IMG/VR virus record: IMGVR_UViG_3300050821_009780
Coordinates: 79,504 to 143,503 of that record
DNA length: 64,000 nucleotides
Direction: 5' to 3' (one strand)
From: a virus
The position numbers and the translations under genes were made by a program. Positions 36,639 through 45,568 of this stretch are shown piece by piece (the first letter of the stretch is position 1; each line of letters opens with the position of its first letter). The notes beneath the pieces were generated by a model that worked only from the letters and a program-made list of their open reading frames with translations, had not been told where the DNA came from and did no database searches.

Positions 36639-36757
36639 GTGCCGTTCTCGCTTCTGCTCGTGCCGTTTCCGATGCGCGCCTGCCCGAGCGCTACGCAGTA
36701 GCAGGCCGCATAACTCTTATATACACACCGGGTCTGACATTCTGGAGATCACCAGGA

Positions 36758-36931
36758 CTACGCCACCCGGTTGAACCGCATGGGCCGCTGGCACTTAGCG
36801 CAGAGCATCGTCTTGACATGACCCATCTCGCGGTTCTTCCGGGCACGGATGACGACCCTCGTCCCGTGGCAGCGCGGGCATGCGTACAGCTCCTTAGAGG
36901 CCCCGCGCCCGGCCCGCAGGTGCCGACCCAC
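36758..36931 (-). CDS. Small L33-like Zn-ribbon protein (57 aa)
   Basis: Not in the ORF track. MGRHLRAGRGASKELYACPRCHGTRVVIRARKNREMGHVKTMLCAKCQRPMRFNRVA. Confidence 0.55.
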   Translation of the reverse strand: MGRHLRAGRGASKELYACPRCHGTRVVIRARKNREMGHVKTMLCAKCQRPMRFNRVA

Positions 36932-36932
36932 C

Positions 36933-37235
36933 TCAGACTCCGGTGAGTACGATCAACGGCAGCGGGCGGCGCAGGCTGGCTACCAGCGCCATACGGGAGT
37001 AGGCGGCGAGCAGCCACGCGATACGGAAGTCATGGCCGTAGTCCTCCCGCAGCTGAAGGGCGCAGGGCACCTGCCAGCGGTCCATTTCGGGCCGCAAGGG
37101 GTCAGCGGTCGCAGACGAACCGGTAGACGTTCTCTCCAGGCTCTCGCTCGACTCGGTCAACGGGGTACCACCAGTTCTCCAGGGGGTCGGGCAGCTGGCA
37201 CTCGCCGTCGCCGAACTCGTTAACCTGGCGCTCAA
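36933..37235 (-). CDS. Hypothetical protein
   Basis: Overlapping ORF. Confidence 0.4.
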   Translation of the reverse strand: MSARLTSSATASASCPTPWRTGGTPLTESSESLERTSTGSSATADPLRPEMDRWQVPCALQLREDYGHDFRIAWLLAAYSRMALVASLRRPLPLIVLTGV

Positions 37236-37579
37236 GCTCCTCGATTATCTCTGTCGCCTTCATGGCCTGGCATCAAGTCCTCTACCTCGATCACGGTCTG
37301 CTGCCTCCAGTCCGTGTCCGGGCGGGGCTGACTCGACGGATCGGCAGACTTCGCCTCGGCGAGCTGCTCCTGCTTCTTGTGCGCGTGGTAGCACTTACCG
37401 TGCGAGAGCTTCACGAGCTGGCCCTTAGCCTGCCTGAGCGGCAGCTCGCCCTTGCCGAAAACGTGTATGTCCAGCCTGCGCTCACTGGTAGCCAGGCTCT
37501 CCACCCGGACGCTGCGCCACTCGTAGCGGTCGGCCAGCTCAGCCCCGCGGATGGGCCGGTGGCATACGAAGCAGATCAC
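37232..37579 (-). CDS. Hypothetical Zn-binding protein
   Basis: CFVC...HGKC; GTGA-coupled. Confidence 0.55.
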   Translation of the reverse strand: MICFVCHRPIRGAELADRYEWRSVRVESLATSERRLDIHVFGKGELPLRQAKGQLVKLSHGKCYHAHKKQEQLAEAKSADPSSQPRPDTDWRQQTVIEVEDLMPGHEGDRDNRGA

Positions 37580-37707
37580 AGCTTCCTCCGGTACAGCCAC
37601 AGGCCTGCCACGACGACAAGCCCTGCGGCGATGACAATAACTGAACCCAGCCCGCGCATGGGCGTACGCCCACCCTGCCAGGCCCAATCCCAGTGAAGCG
37701 GGTTCAT
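37576..37707 (-). CDS. Small membrane protein
   Basis: LGSVIVIAAGLVVVAGLWL TM segment. Confidence 0.5.
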   Translation of the reverse strand: MNPLHWDWAWQGGRTPMRGLGSVIVIAAGLVVVAGLWLYRRKL

Positions 37708-38303
37708 AACCTCTCCATGTCGGTCTGCCGCATGAGCGCGGTCAAGCGGCGGCTGAGATCCTGCCGCACACCATCCAGGCCGTAGTAATGCAGCCGGATG
37801 CGCCGCTCTATGTCGGACGCGGTGTCGGCCAGCGCCCGGGCGTCCCGGGCGCGCTTGCGCTGATCGCGGCAGGCCAGGCGCCAGTAGGCGTACCGTTCCT
37901 GCGCACCCTCGTACTCCCGGCGCCCGTAGCGCTTCTCCTTCATGGCCTGGTCGTCCCAGGCATCGTCCGCCTCGGCCTCCAGCCTGCGGGCCTTGGTCTC
38001 GCAGGCTCCCTTGAGGCCGATGGCCATGGACAGCAGCGTCTCGATGTGGCCCAGGTGCCCGCTGGCGGACACCATCGCCTCGTAGACAGCAGTGTGCGGC
38101 GCAGACGACGACGGAACCCGCGCTGCGGCGCGGTACTTCATGGCGGTCTTCAGCCAGCCCTTGCACTCCTCGACCAAGACTGCGGCCGGATCGGGCAGCG
38201 GCTCCTCCGGCTCGTGATGAACTGGATCATAACGAGGATGCCCGCAGTTGCAGAGAACACTGCCGTGGGTGGGGTCCGACGTGAACGGATGCACCTCAGC
38301 CAC
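37704..38303 (-). CDS. Coiled-coil protein (possibly a UvsY-like mediator)
   Basis: Helical/coiled-coil; located between polA and ssb/recA; no decisive motif. Confidence 0.45.
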   Translation of the reverse strand: MAEVHPFTSDPTHGSVLCNCGHPRYDPVHHEPEEPLPDPAAVLVEECKGWLKTAMKYRAAARVPSSSAPHTAVYEAMVSASGHLGHIETLLSMAIGLKGACETKARRLEAEADDAWDDQAMKEKRYGRREYEGAQERYAYWRLACRDQRKRARDARALADTASDIERRIRLHYYGLDGVRQDLSRRLTALMRQTDMERL

Positions 38304-38625
38304 CCGGGGCTGCCCGGAACATGATGGCCTTGATGATCTTGTCCTTCTCGTCCCGGTGCGCCTTCATCTCGGCCTTGACCGCGGCGACCTGCTTGTCGTC
38401 CAGCCTGCCATCAACCAGGAACGGCTGGACCTGGAGCAGGGTCAGCCGGGCGTAGGCCTCGGTCTCGTGGTGCACCAGGCCGAACGCCTCGGCGAACCGC
38501 AGCTCGGAAGCCTCGGATGGCGGGATGCCGTTCTCCTGGAGGATGCGCTTGATGTCGTCCTCATCCGCCTCGACGTCGAACTTCCGCTCGCCCCACTTGG
38601 TGTTCCACCCTGCTCGTGCTCGCAT
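38296..38625 (-). CDS. Hypothetical protein
   Basis: AGGAG RBS, directly downstream of polA. Confidence 0.55.
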   Translation of the reverse strand: MRARAGWNTKWGERKFDVEADEDDIKRILQENGIPPSEASELRFAEAFGLVHHETEAYARLTLLQVQPFLVDGRLDDKQVAAVKAEMKAHRDEKDKIIKAIMFRAAPGG

Positions 38626-38632
38626 GCTCCTG

Positions 38633-41191
38633 CTACAGCTCCAGCCCGGCACCGAGCGCGGTCAGGTCCACCGACGCCTCATCGTAGCGGACCACGGCCC
38701 CGCCGCAGATCACGGACAGGTCGGCCTGGTCGGCCGGGGCCACCCCGCAGGTGCCAGTCATGATGACCCGCTCGCCGTCCGGGAGCACCAGCACCAGCGT
38801 GTTCGGACCTGTCCTGACGCGGCAGTAGCGGACCAGCTCCGGCACCGCTTCCTGCGGCATGCGCCCGGTCAGCTCCACAATCACCGTACGGGGCACCGGG
38901 TGCCCGTGCTCGCTCTCATACTCCTCGCGAGCGGGCGGCAGCGCATCATGCCCGTGCTCGTTCTCGTACTCCTGTGCCTGCCGGGTCCCAGCGTAATCCG
39001 GTTCCTCCCGCCTGCTCCTTATCTCCGCCAGGGCGGGCAGCACCGGGGCGGGGGCCACATCGTCCTCGTCCTCCTCGGACAGGTCGATGTCGGTTTCCGG
39101 CTTCACGGCCCCGGCGGCGAAGCGGTACCGGCTGTCCGGGCCCTTCTCCAGGGTGCGGACCGACCCCCAGCGCCGCCCGGCGTGCCACTCGGCGAGCATG
39201 GGCGGCCAGCCGGGGACGGGGAAGATGATCGCGGGCTCCAGCACCGCGATCACGTCGTTGAAGTCCACGTCGTTGCGGACGTACCACTCCAGGGCGTCGT
39301 GGATGTTCATGACGAGCCGGACCTTGTCCTTCAGCCCGGCCTTGCGCAGCGCGGCCTCGGAGCGGACCATGGCGATTTTCATGTAGTCGCCGGTGGCGGA
39401 CCCCTGCACCGGGGCGTTGCCGGCGGTGCGCTGCGCATCGCGGCGCTTGCGGCGGTCTGTGCTGTCGATGTCCCAGATGCGGACCTGGCGCCCCCACCAG
39501 GTGGTGACGTACCCGGTGTCGTACGCGGTCTTGATGCACTCCTCGGTGAACGCCTTGATCTTCGGGTAGGCGGCGTGGAAAGCGGCGAACAGGTCGGCCG
39601 CCTCGGCCCGGCTGATGCCGAGCCGGTCGGCGAGGCCATCTTCGGACAGCCCGTAGACCATGGCCAGGCCGAGCGTCTTGCCGACGTCGCGCTGATCGGG
39701 GGTGACCTCCTCGACCGGGACGGCGAACACCAGCGACGCGGTGACCGAGTGCACGTCCACGTTGTGCTCGAAGGCGTAGAACATCTTCTGCTCGTGCGCC
39801 ATGCCGGCGACCGCGCGCAGCTCCGCCTGGGCCAGGTCGTAGCCGAGCTGGTACCAGCCCGGCGGCGCCCCGATCATGTCCCGGAAGTTGAACTTGAACT
39901 CATCACCGTCGCGCAGCGTGTAGAAGTACTTCTTGGGCGACTGCTGGTAGTTCGGATCGTTGCAGGCAAACCGGCCGGCCGGGACGCCGTGCTGCATGAG
40001 CGAGGCGTGCACCCGGCCGTCTTCGGCGTAGCCGTAGGCGTCCTCGAACTTGACCAGGAAGTCGCGGTACAGCTTGGTGAGCTTCTTCCACTTCAGGAAG
40101 CTGGCGACCTCGGGGTAGGTCTTAGACAGTCCCTTGAGCGCGACCTTCGCATCTGTGCCCTGCTGCGGCCCGGTAGTCTTCCCGCCCTTGGTCCAGTGAG
40201 TGCACGGCATGCCGCAGTCCTCGTACAGCAGCTTGCGAAGCTGGACCGGGGAGCCGAAGTTGAACGTGGGCAGCAGCGCCTCGCCTCGCAGCGCCCCGAA
40301 GTCCTCGCGGACCTCCTCCATGTAGCGGTCGGCGAAGTCCTTCGCCTTCCGGCCCCACTCGCGCATGCCGTTGAAGTCGTACCAGATGCCCTCGTCCTCC
40401 ATCTCGCAGACGACGGGCAGCACGGCCATTTCCAGCTTCCAGATGAACCCCTGGCCCTTGGCCTGGCTCTCGGCGAGCATCTGCTGCAGCCGCGGGTAGC
40501 GGAGCCGGTGGTGGGCCAGCGCGTAGACGGTGTCCTCGCAGGTGTAGCGGACCACCTTGGGGTCGCGCGGGTCCAGCACGTTGAACCGGATCTGCTTCCG
40601 CTGCTTGGCGGTGAGCTTGTCCGGGTACAGCTCCGCCAGCTCCAGCTGCTTGTGCCAGAAGCCGCTGGTGTCGCGGGCCTCCTGCTCCTCGGTCAGCTCC
40701 TTGAGGCCGTGGAGACGGCTGCCGGCCAGGGCGTAGGACTCCAGCATGGTGTCGGAGCGGAGCCGGAACTGCTGGTAGTCCAGGTCGGTGCCGAGCTGCT
40801 CGTTGAACCAGCGGCGCAGCACCCGCAGGTCGAACTTGCCGCCGTGGAAGGTCATGAGCGGCTGCCCGGACTCGCTGCGCGCCTGGGTGAACAGCGGGTA
40901 GAGCAGCTCAGCTACGCCGCGCGGGTCGAGATTGGGTCCGACATCGTGCCCGACGGGGACGTACCGGGACCACTTCAGCGAGTTGGTGAAGGAGACCCCG
41001 GCGATGAAGTTCTCCTCCGGGTGCAGCGACGCCTTATCGCGCGAGTCCCCCAGGTATCCGGTCTCGATGTCGCCGCTGCACGCACGCCCATCGGGCTTAG
41101 CGGGGTCGGTGCACTCGACGGTGACCCGGGCGACGTACTCCCTCAGCTCGTCCAGGCTGCCGATGAGATCGTAACTAGGCTGGAAGGCCAC
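38633..41191 (-). CDS. polA: Family A DNA polymerase with 3'-5' exonuclease and an extra C-terminal domain
   Basis: Exo I DIETG, Exo II FHGGKFD, Exo III YTCED; motif A DLAQAELR, motif B RDVGKTLGLAMVYG, motif C NIHDAL. Confidence 0.93.
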   Translation of the reverse strand: MAFQPSYDLIGSLDELREYVARVTVECTDPAKPDGRACSGDIETGYLGDSRDKASLHPEENFIAGVSFTNSLKWSRYVPVGHDVGPNLDPRGVAELLYPLFTQARSESGQPLMTFHGGKFDLRVLRRWFNEQLGTDLDYQQFRLRSDTMLESYALAGSRLHGLKELTEEQEARDTSGFWHKQLELAELYPDKLTAKQRKQIRFNVLDPRDPKVVRYTCEDTVYALAHHRLRYPRLQQMLAESQAKGQGFIWKLEMAVLPVVCEMEDEGIWYDFNGMREWGRKAKDFADRYMEEVREDFGALRGEALLPTFNFGSPVQLRKLLYEDCGMPCTHWTKGGKTTGPQQGTDAKVALKGLSKTYPEVASFLKWKKLTKLYRDFLVKFEDAYGYAEDGRVHASLMQHGVPAGRFACNDPNYQQSPKKYFYTLRDGDEFKFNFRDMIGAPPGWYQLGYDLAQAELRAVAGMAHEQKMFYAFEHNVDVHSVTASLVFAVPVEEVTPDQRDVGKTLGLAMVYGLSEDGLADRLGISRAEAADLFAAFHAAYPKIKAFTEECIKTAYDTGYVTTWWGRQVRIWDIDSTDRRKRRDAQRTAGNAPVQGSATGDYMKIAMVRSEAALRKAGLKDKVRLVMNIHDALEWYVRNDVDFNDVIAVLEPAIIFPVPGWPPMLAEWHAGRRWGSVRTLEKGPDSRYRFAAGAVKPETDIDLSEEDEDDVAPAPVLPALAEIRSRREEPDYAGTRQAQEYENEHGHDALPPAREEYESEHGHPVPRTVIVELTGRMPQEAVPELVRYCRVRTGPNTLVLVLPDGERVIMTGTCGVAPADQADLSVICGGAVVRYDEASVDLTALGAGLEL

Positions 41192-41194
41192 TGC

Positions 41195-41804
41195 TCACGC
41201 ACCTTCCAGGGCCTCGTCTATCTGGCGCTTCAGGTCGGTGAGCGACGGCCCCTCGAACCACGTGTCGCCGCTCTCCGACACGGCGCAGTACAGCTGCCCG
41301 GAAGCGGTCGGCCGCCCGTACCAGAGGGTGTAGCCGTGGTGCCGCTCGACCGGGACGGGCTGGGAGTTCACCTACGCAGCCCGGTTGTACCGCGACCCGG
41401 CGAGCGCCTGGCGTGCCTCTTCCCTGGTCGGGAAGCGGAACGCTCCCTGGCGGAACGGGGCGAAGTTCCACTCGTGCATGACCCGGGCGAACTCGCCCAG
41501 GAACTCGTCCTCGGTGACATCCGGGGCGGCGAGCACGACCTCCAGCTCCACATCCAGCCCGGCTATCACGTCCAGTTCAGCTGCCGTCATCTCCCACCCT
41601 CCGGTGACTCGCCTGCACAGAACCGGCTCGTTCATCAAGCCGGTCCAGCCTGTCCCGCAGCTGCACAAGCTGCTCCGGGGTAAGAAGTTTCATCGCCTCC
41701 TGGGCGACCCGCTTGGCAGCAGCCAGCCGGTGCTCCGCCTGCATCCGGGCAAAAGCCTCTTCCGCCAGGCTGAGCGCGGCCTCTGCCATCATTTCGTCCG
41801 CCAC
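41195..41804 (-). other. Three small hypothetical genes (about 41195-41371, 41372-41590, 41577-41804)
   Basis: Short, tightly packed minus-strand ORFs. Confidence 0.45.
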
Positions 41805-41811
41805 CCTCCTA

Positions 41812-42732
41812 TTACGCCCAGAGAGCGGCGACCGCCTCCAGGATTCCGTCCCGGGCCCCGGACTTCCAGGCGGACTCGGCCAGAGCGAGGACCTCCCGGC
41901 AGCGGGCCGTCCTGCGCGGGGTGTAGGCGGCAGCGTACGGCCGGAGCAGCCGCACCGAGTACGCGTCTATCTTCAGCCGGATGGCGGCGTCCTGCGCGCT
42001 CACGCCCTTGCGGGCGGCATCGCTGAGCACGGACAGCACGGTCAGCCGGGACGACAGCAGGGCGAGCACCTGGCCGGCCTGGTCCGGGGGGGTAAATGCG
42101 GCAGCCGCCATGGCGGCCTTCACGTTGCCGGCCACCATCAGGTCGGCGAACTCGTACCGGGCGGCGGGCGGGCACACCAGGTCCAGCGCGGGCACCTCCG
42201 GAGGCAGGTCGGCGAACCCGGCCTTCAGGGCGGCGTGCCGGGCGGCGGCGATATCTCCCGCGCACCGCTCCAGCAGGGCGGCCCCGAAGTTGCGCCCGGC
42301 GCCAGGCCACCAGGAGGCGGCGAGCTGCGCCTGCCCCTCCGGGTCCTTCGGGACGGTGCAGCGGACCAGCTGGCCGTGCCGGGAGTCGCGCAGGGCGGCC
42401 AGCGACGGGGCGAGGACGGACCGCGGCCTGTCCGGCTTCTCGCTGCGCTCCTCGGTGCGCGGGAAGTCGTCGTCAGCGGAGACGAACACGGTGAACGCGC
42501 GGTCGAACTCGTCGGCCAGCAGCAGCGGCAGCCGGTCCAGGTGGCCGAGCTTCTCCGCTCCCCATACGGTAACCAGCCTCGGGCCGGACGGGACGGCCAG
42601 CAGGATATCCCACGGGTTGCTCTCAGGCCACAGGTTCCACCGGCTGGCTCCGGGCAGCGCCTCGGCGTAGGCGGCGGTGACATCATGGCGCAGCACCGGC
42701 TCCGGCCCGCACACCCAGGCGACCCGGGTCAC
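41812..42732 (-). CDS. DNA polymerase III delta (HolA)-like clamp loader subunit
   Basis: N-terminal VAWVCGPEPVL resembles the HolA YLLxGxEx motif; C-terminal FADLMVAGN...LALAESAWKSG...LEAV collar pattern; about 300 aa; start approximate. Confidence 0.55.
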   Translation of the reverse strand: MTRVAWVCGPEPVLRHDVTAAYAEALPGASRWNLWPESNPWDILLAVPSGPRLVTVWGAEKLGHLDRLPLLLADEFDRAFTVFVSADDDFPRTEERSEKPDRPRSVLAPSLAALRDSRHGQLVRCTVPKDPEGQAQLAASWWPGAGRNFGAALLERCAGDIAAARHAALKAGFADLPPEVPALDLVCPPAARYEFADLMVAGNVKAAMAAAAFTPPDQAGQVLALLSSRLTVLSVLSDAARKGVSAQDAAIRLKIDAYSVRLLRPYAAAYTPRRTARCREVLALAESAWKSGARDGILEAVAALWA

Positions 42733-42770
42733 CGGCTTCTTGCGCGCCCACTGGCTGTAAGTGCCGACGG

Positions 42771-43178
42771 CTAGCTCCCCGGCTTCAGGGAGAAACCGGT
42801 CTCGGCGGCCAGCTGGCGAATCATAGAGGGAGTGAACGACGCACCCAGGCCGAGCTGCGCCTTGCGGCCCTGCTCGCCGGCGGCCTGCTGCTGCTCTGCT
42901 ACCTGCTGCTCGAAGGAGATGCGGGCCTGGATCGCCCACAGCTGGCCCGGCGGCCCGAATGCCTCGGCGACCGACTGGATAAGGCTGTCGAGCCGGGCGC
43001 TGAGCACCGTGCCAGGGTCGAACTGGATGCCCCGGCGGGCCAGCTCGGCAAACCCGGCCTTGTTCTGCTCGACGAGCCCGTTCAGGTGCTGCTGCATCTG
43101 CGCGGCCTGCTGAGCCAGCTGCTGCTCCTGGGTCAATGCCTGCCCGTTCGGCTGCCCGAACCCGTTGGTCCCTGCCAT
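42771..43178 (-). CDS. Hypothetical Gln-rich protein
   Basis: Located between the holB-like and holA-like genes. Confidence 0.55.
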   Translation of the reverse strand: MAGTNGFGQPNGQALTQEQQLAQQAAQMQQHLNGLVEQNKAGFAELARRGIQFDPGTVLSARLDSLIQSVAEAFGPPGQLWAIQARISFEQQVAEQQQAAGEQGRKAQLGLGASFTPSMIRQLAAETGFSLKPGS

Positions 43179-43970
43179 TTACCTTTCCTCCCTGAACGCG
43201 CTGGACAGCGCAACCGACGAAGCATTCCTCGCACCCTCGTACCGCCCCAGGGCGCGCAGCACCCGGCGGGCCTGGTCGCTGGTCACGCCGGGGGCGAACC
43301 CGGCGGAGAACCGCACCCACCGGGCGGAGGCGGCCTCTTCCGCCCAGGCGCGCAGCACCCCGGCGTGGGCCGGGGTCCAGAAGCGGAGCGCCAGCTCCAG
43401 CACCGCGCCATCGCCGTCCTGCGCGGCACGCAGGGCTGCGGCGACCACCGAACGAAGCCTGCCGCCATCACTGTCCCGGGCTGCCTCCAGGGCCGGAGCG
43501 ACCCGGCCGCGGCCGAGCGGGGCGCACCGCAGCGCCTCGCTGCGACCGCAGTGCTGCTCCAGCACCTCGGCGACCTGCGCATCGGTGAGCAGGCTGACCC
43601 GGTACACCACGGCCCGGGAGACGACGGTGGGCAGCGGCGGGCGGGACGCGGTAAGCAGGAACCGGATGTGCGGCGGCGGATCCTCCAGCACCTTGAGCAG
43701 AATGTTCTGCGCGGCCTCGGTGGTTCCGTCCAGCCCGATGATCACTGCGATGCTCCCGCCCTGCGGGCGCTGGCGCGGGACCAGCCCGACAATTTCCCGG
43801 GCGAGCGCGGCAGAGGGGCCGTCGTAGCCGTAGGAGGTCATGCGGTGGTGCCGGGCGGCATGCTGGGCCAGCTCGGTCTTGCCGACCGAGGACGGGCCGA
43901 GCAGCAGGGTGACCGGAAGCAGATCGCGCTCCAGCTCAGCCCGCAGCGCCTCGTGACCGACGAGCCTCAC
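43179..43970 (-). CDS. DNA polymerase III delta' (HolB)-like clamp loader subunit
   Basis: LVGHE, LLLGPSSVGKT, AAQNILLKVLEDPP and LPTVVSR motifs. Confidence 0.78.
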   Translation of the reverse strand: MRLVGHEALRAELERDLLPVTLLLGPSSVGKTELAQHAARHHRMTSYGYDGPSAALAREIVGLVPRQRPQGGSIAVIIGLDGTTEAAQNILLKVLEDPPPHIRFLLTASRPPLPTVVSRAVVYRVSLLTDAQVAEVLEQHCGRSEALRCAPLGRGRVAPALEAARDSDGGRLRSVVAAALRAAQDGDGAVLELALRFWTPAHAGVLRAWAEEAASARWVRFSAGFAPGVTSDQARRVLRALGRYEGARNASSVALSSAFREER

Positions 43971-44170
43971 GGAGATACTGCCTCCACTGCCGCGCGGACA
44001 GCGCGCCGGTGACGCGAGCTGCCTGCACCGCGCCCGTAATCCCAGGATTCGTACACTTCCCGCCGCAACGGCCCGGGCACCTGCTTCCAGTGTGCCGGGC
44101 ACATGAGCCTGACGACATCAACCTGCACCGTGCAATCAGGTCCCGGGCACGTATGAGGGGTCCTGGGCAT
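43967..44170 (-). CDS. Small Cys/His protein
   Basis: CPGPDC...MCPAHW. Confidence 0.55.
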   Translation of the reverse strand: MPRTPHTCPGPDCTVQVDVVRLMCPAHWKQVPGPLRREVYESWDYGRGAGSSRHRRAVRAAVEAVSP

Positions 44171-44184
44171 GGGCTTTACCTCCC

Positions 44185-44355
44185 CTACGGACGGTTAGCG
44201 GGTCCCCATGGCGACCAGGTCCAAAGTCCGCCAAGGGCCACAAGGGCAAGGACGACGAACACGAGGGCGATGAGGTGCTGAACCGAGATGGTCTTGTCCA
44301 CCCACGCGAGGATGGCACCGATGAGCGCTATGACGAACGCGATAAGACTGAGCAT
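44185..44355 (-). CDS. Small two-TM membrane protein (holin candidate)
   Basis: Not in the ORF track. MLSLIAFVIALIGAILAWVDKTISVQHLIALVFVVLALVALGGLWTWSPWGPANRP. Confidence 0.5.
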   Translation of the reverse strand: MLSLIAFVIALIGAILAWVDKTISVQHLIALVFVVLALVALGGLWTWSPWGPANRP

Positions 44356-44369
44356 GACGGGATCTCTTT

Positions 44370-45491
44370 CTATGGCTCCGTGTACAGGCGGCGCACGGCA
44401 GCGAGCACGGTATCTACGGCTGCGGCGTCCAGGCCCTTAACGTGCCAGAGTTCGGCCTCCAGCAGCTCCTCACGGGTGAGATCGGGTTCCGGAGCTGCCG
44501 GGGCAGGCAGATACCCCTTCTTCCGGTCCACGCCCTCCAGGACAGAGCCCTCGTACTTCCAGCCGGGCGCAGCCTCGGCGAGCATCCGCTCCAGCCGGTG
44601 GATGACGGCGCGCTTGACATGGTCGGCGGGCTTCTTGTGCGTCTGCTGGTCCATCCCGCACTCCGGGTACAGCTCGCGCTCGGCCCTGGAGAACGAGTGG
44701 TACCAGCCCTTGGGGGCCTCCAGCTGGAGACGGTGGGCGGCCAGCGGGCGGTGCACGTGGTTGCCCTTGGCATCCCTGAGCAGCTCGACGGCCTCGCGCA
44801 CCTCGGCAGCGGTCAGCTCCACGCCCTCGACGTTGAACTTCTCCTGCGCAGGAGCGGCCATCCCGTCGCGCACCGCCTGCCCCAGCTCGCGCATGGCCCG
44901 GCCGGCCTGGTTCCGGCTGAGGCCGAGGCGGCTCAGCGGCGGAACGGCACCATCTTCCTTCAGGTGCCCGGCGATCTCGCTGAACAGCGAGAAGAGACTG
45001 ACCGGGCCGTCCCAGTCGTCCGGCACGGTCGCCAGGTAGTCCCTCATCCGGCCGACGAACTGATCGTCGGCCAGCGACGGGTAGTCATCCCAGCTCTCGC
45101 CACCGAACAGCTCCACCCAGCGGGAGCCGCCCTCGCCGGCGACCGTATCGCACAGCAGCAGCTCGCGCCCGGAACGCCGGGAGACCTGCTCGCGCTTGCC
45201 TCGCATGTACAGCGCCACCTTGCCGGACAGGAACGCCCGCCAGGAGACGCGCTGCCCGGTCTTGGCACTGACGAACGAGGAGTCGTACTGCCGGAGGGCG
45301 TTGCGGCCCTCGGCGTTCACCGCGACCAGGAGCCGCTCCATTATGTCGGCAGCGGCGTCCTCCGCATCCTGGGTGTTGCCCCCAGCGCCCAGCAGCTTCC
45401 GCGCCAGGCCCTGAACGTACGCACCATCCTGCCGGAAAAACTCGTCCGCATCTGCGGGCGCGGCATACTTGCCGAAATCACCCATCCCCAT
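44370..45491 (-). CDS. Sigma-70 region 2-like (ECF-like) DNA-binding protein
   Basis: YVQGLARKLL...QDAEDAAADIMERL...WRAFL region-2 pattern; possible HTH (LGLSRNQAGR); C-terminal HhH-like VKGLD. Confidence 0.5.
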   Translation of the reverse strand: MGMGDFGKYAAPADADEFFRQDGAYVQGLARKLLGAGGNTQDAEDAAADIMERLLVAVNAEGRNALRQYDSSFVSAKTGQRVSWRAFLSGKVALYMRGKREQVSRRSGRELLLCDTVAGEGGSRWVELFGGESWDDYPSLADDQFVGRMRDYLATVPDDWDGPVSLFSLFSEIAGHLKEDGAVPPLSRLGLSRNQAGRAMRELGQAVRDGMAAPAQEKFNVEGVELTAAEVREAVELLRDAKGNHVHRPLAAHRLQLEAPKGWYHSFSRAERELYPECGMDQQTHKKPADHVKRAVIHRLERMLAEAAPGWKYEGSVLEGVDRKKGYLPAPAAPEPDLTREELLEAELWHVKGLDAAAVDTVLAAVRRLYTEP

Positions 45492-45535
45492 TTACTCCCA
45501 CCACCGCGATGAGGGCTGAAACTCACCTGGGTCAG

Positions 45536-45565
45536 ACCCTAGTCCTCGACTTGGCTGAAGTCAAG
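45536..45565 (-). promoter_or_regulatory. Sigma-A-type promoter with overlapping operator
   Basis: TTGACT-N17-TAGGGT; CTTGGCT-GA-AGTCAAG at 45550-45565. Confidence 0.7.
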
Positions 45566-45568
45566 CCT

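Noticed and set aside
38633-41191. DpoZ-type polymerase or Z-genome system (PolA plus MazG-like)
   Set aside because: No PurZ or dATPase (DatZ) is recognisable in the window
98-41683. Very long plus-strand ORFs (e.g. 98-3010, 5174-7369, 19605-21629, 38525-41683)
   Set aside because: Antisense shadows of high-GC minus-strand genes with recognisable functions; no motifs of their own, and a composition typical of the reverse frame
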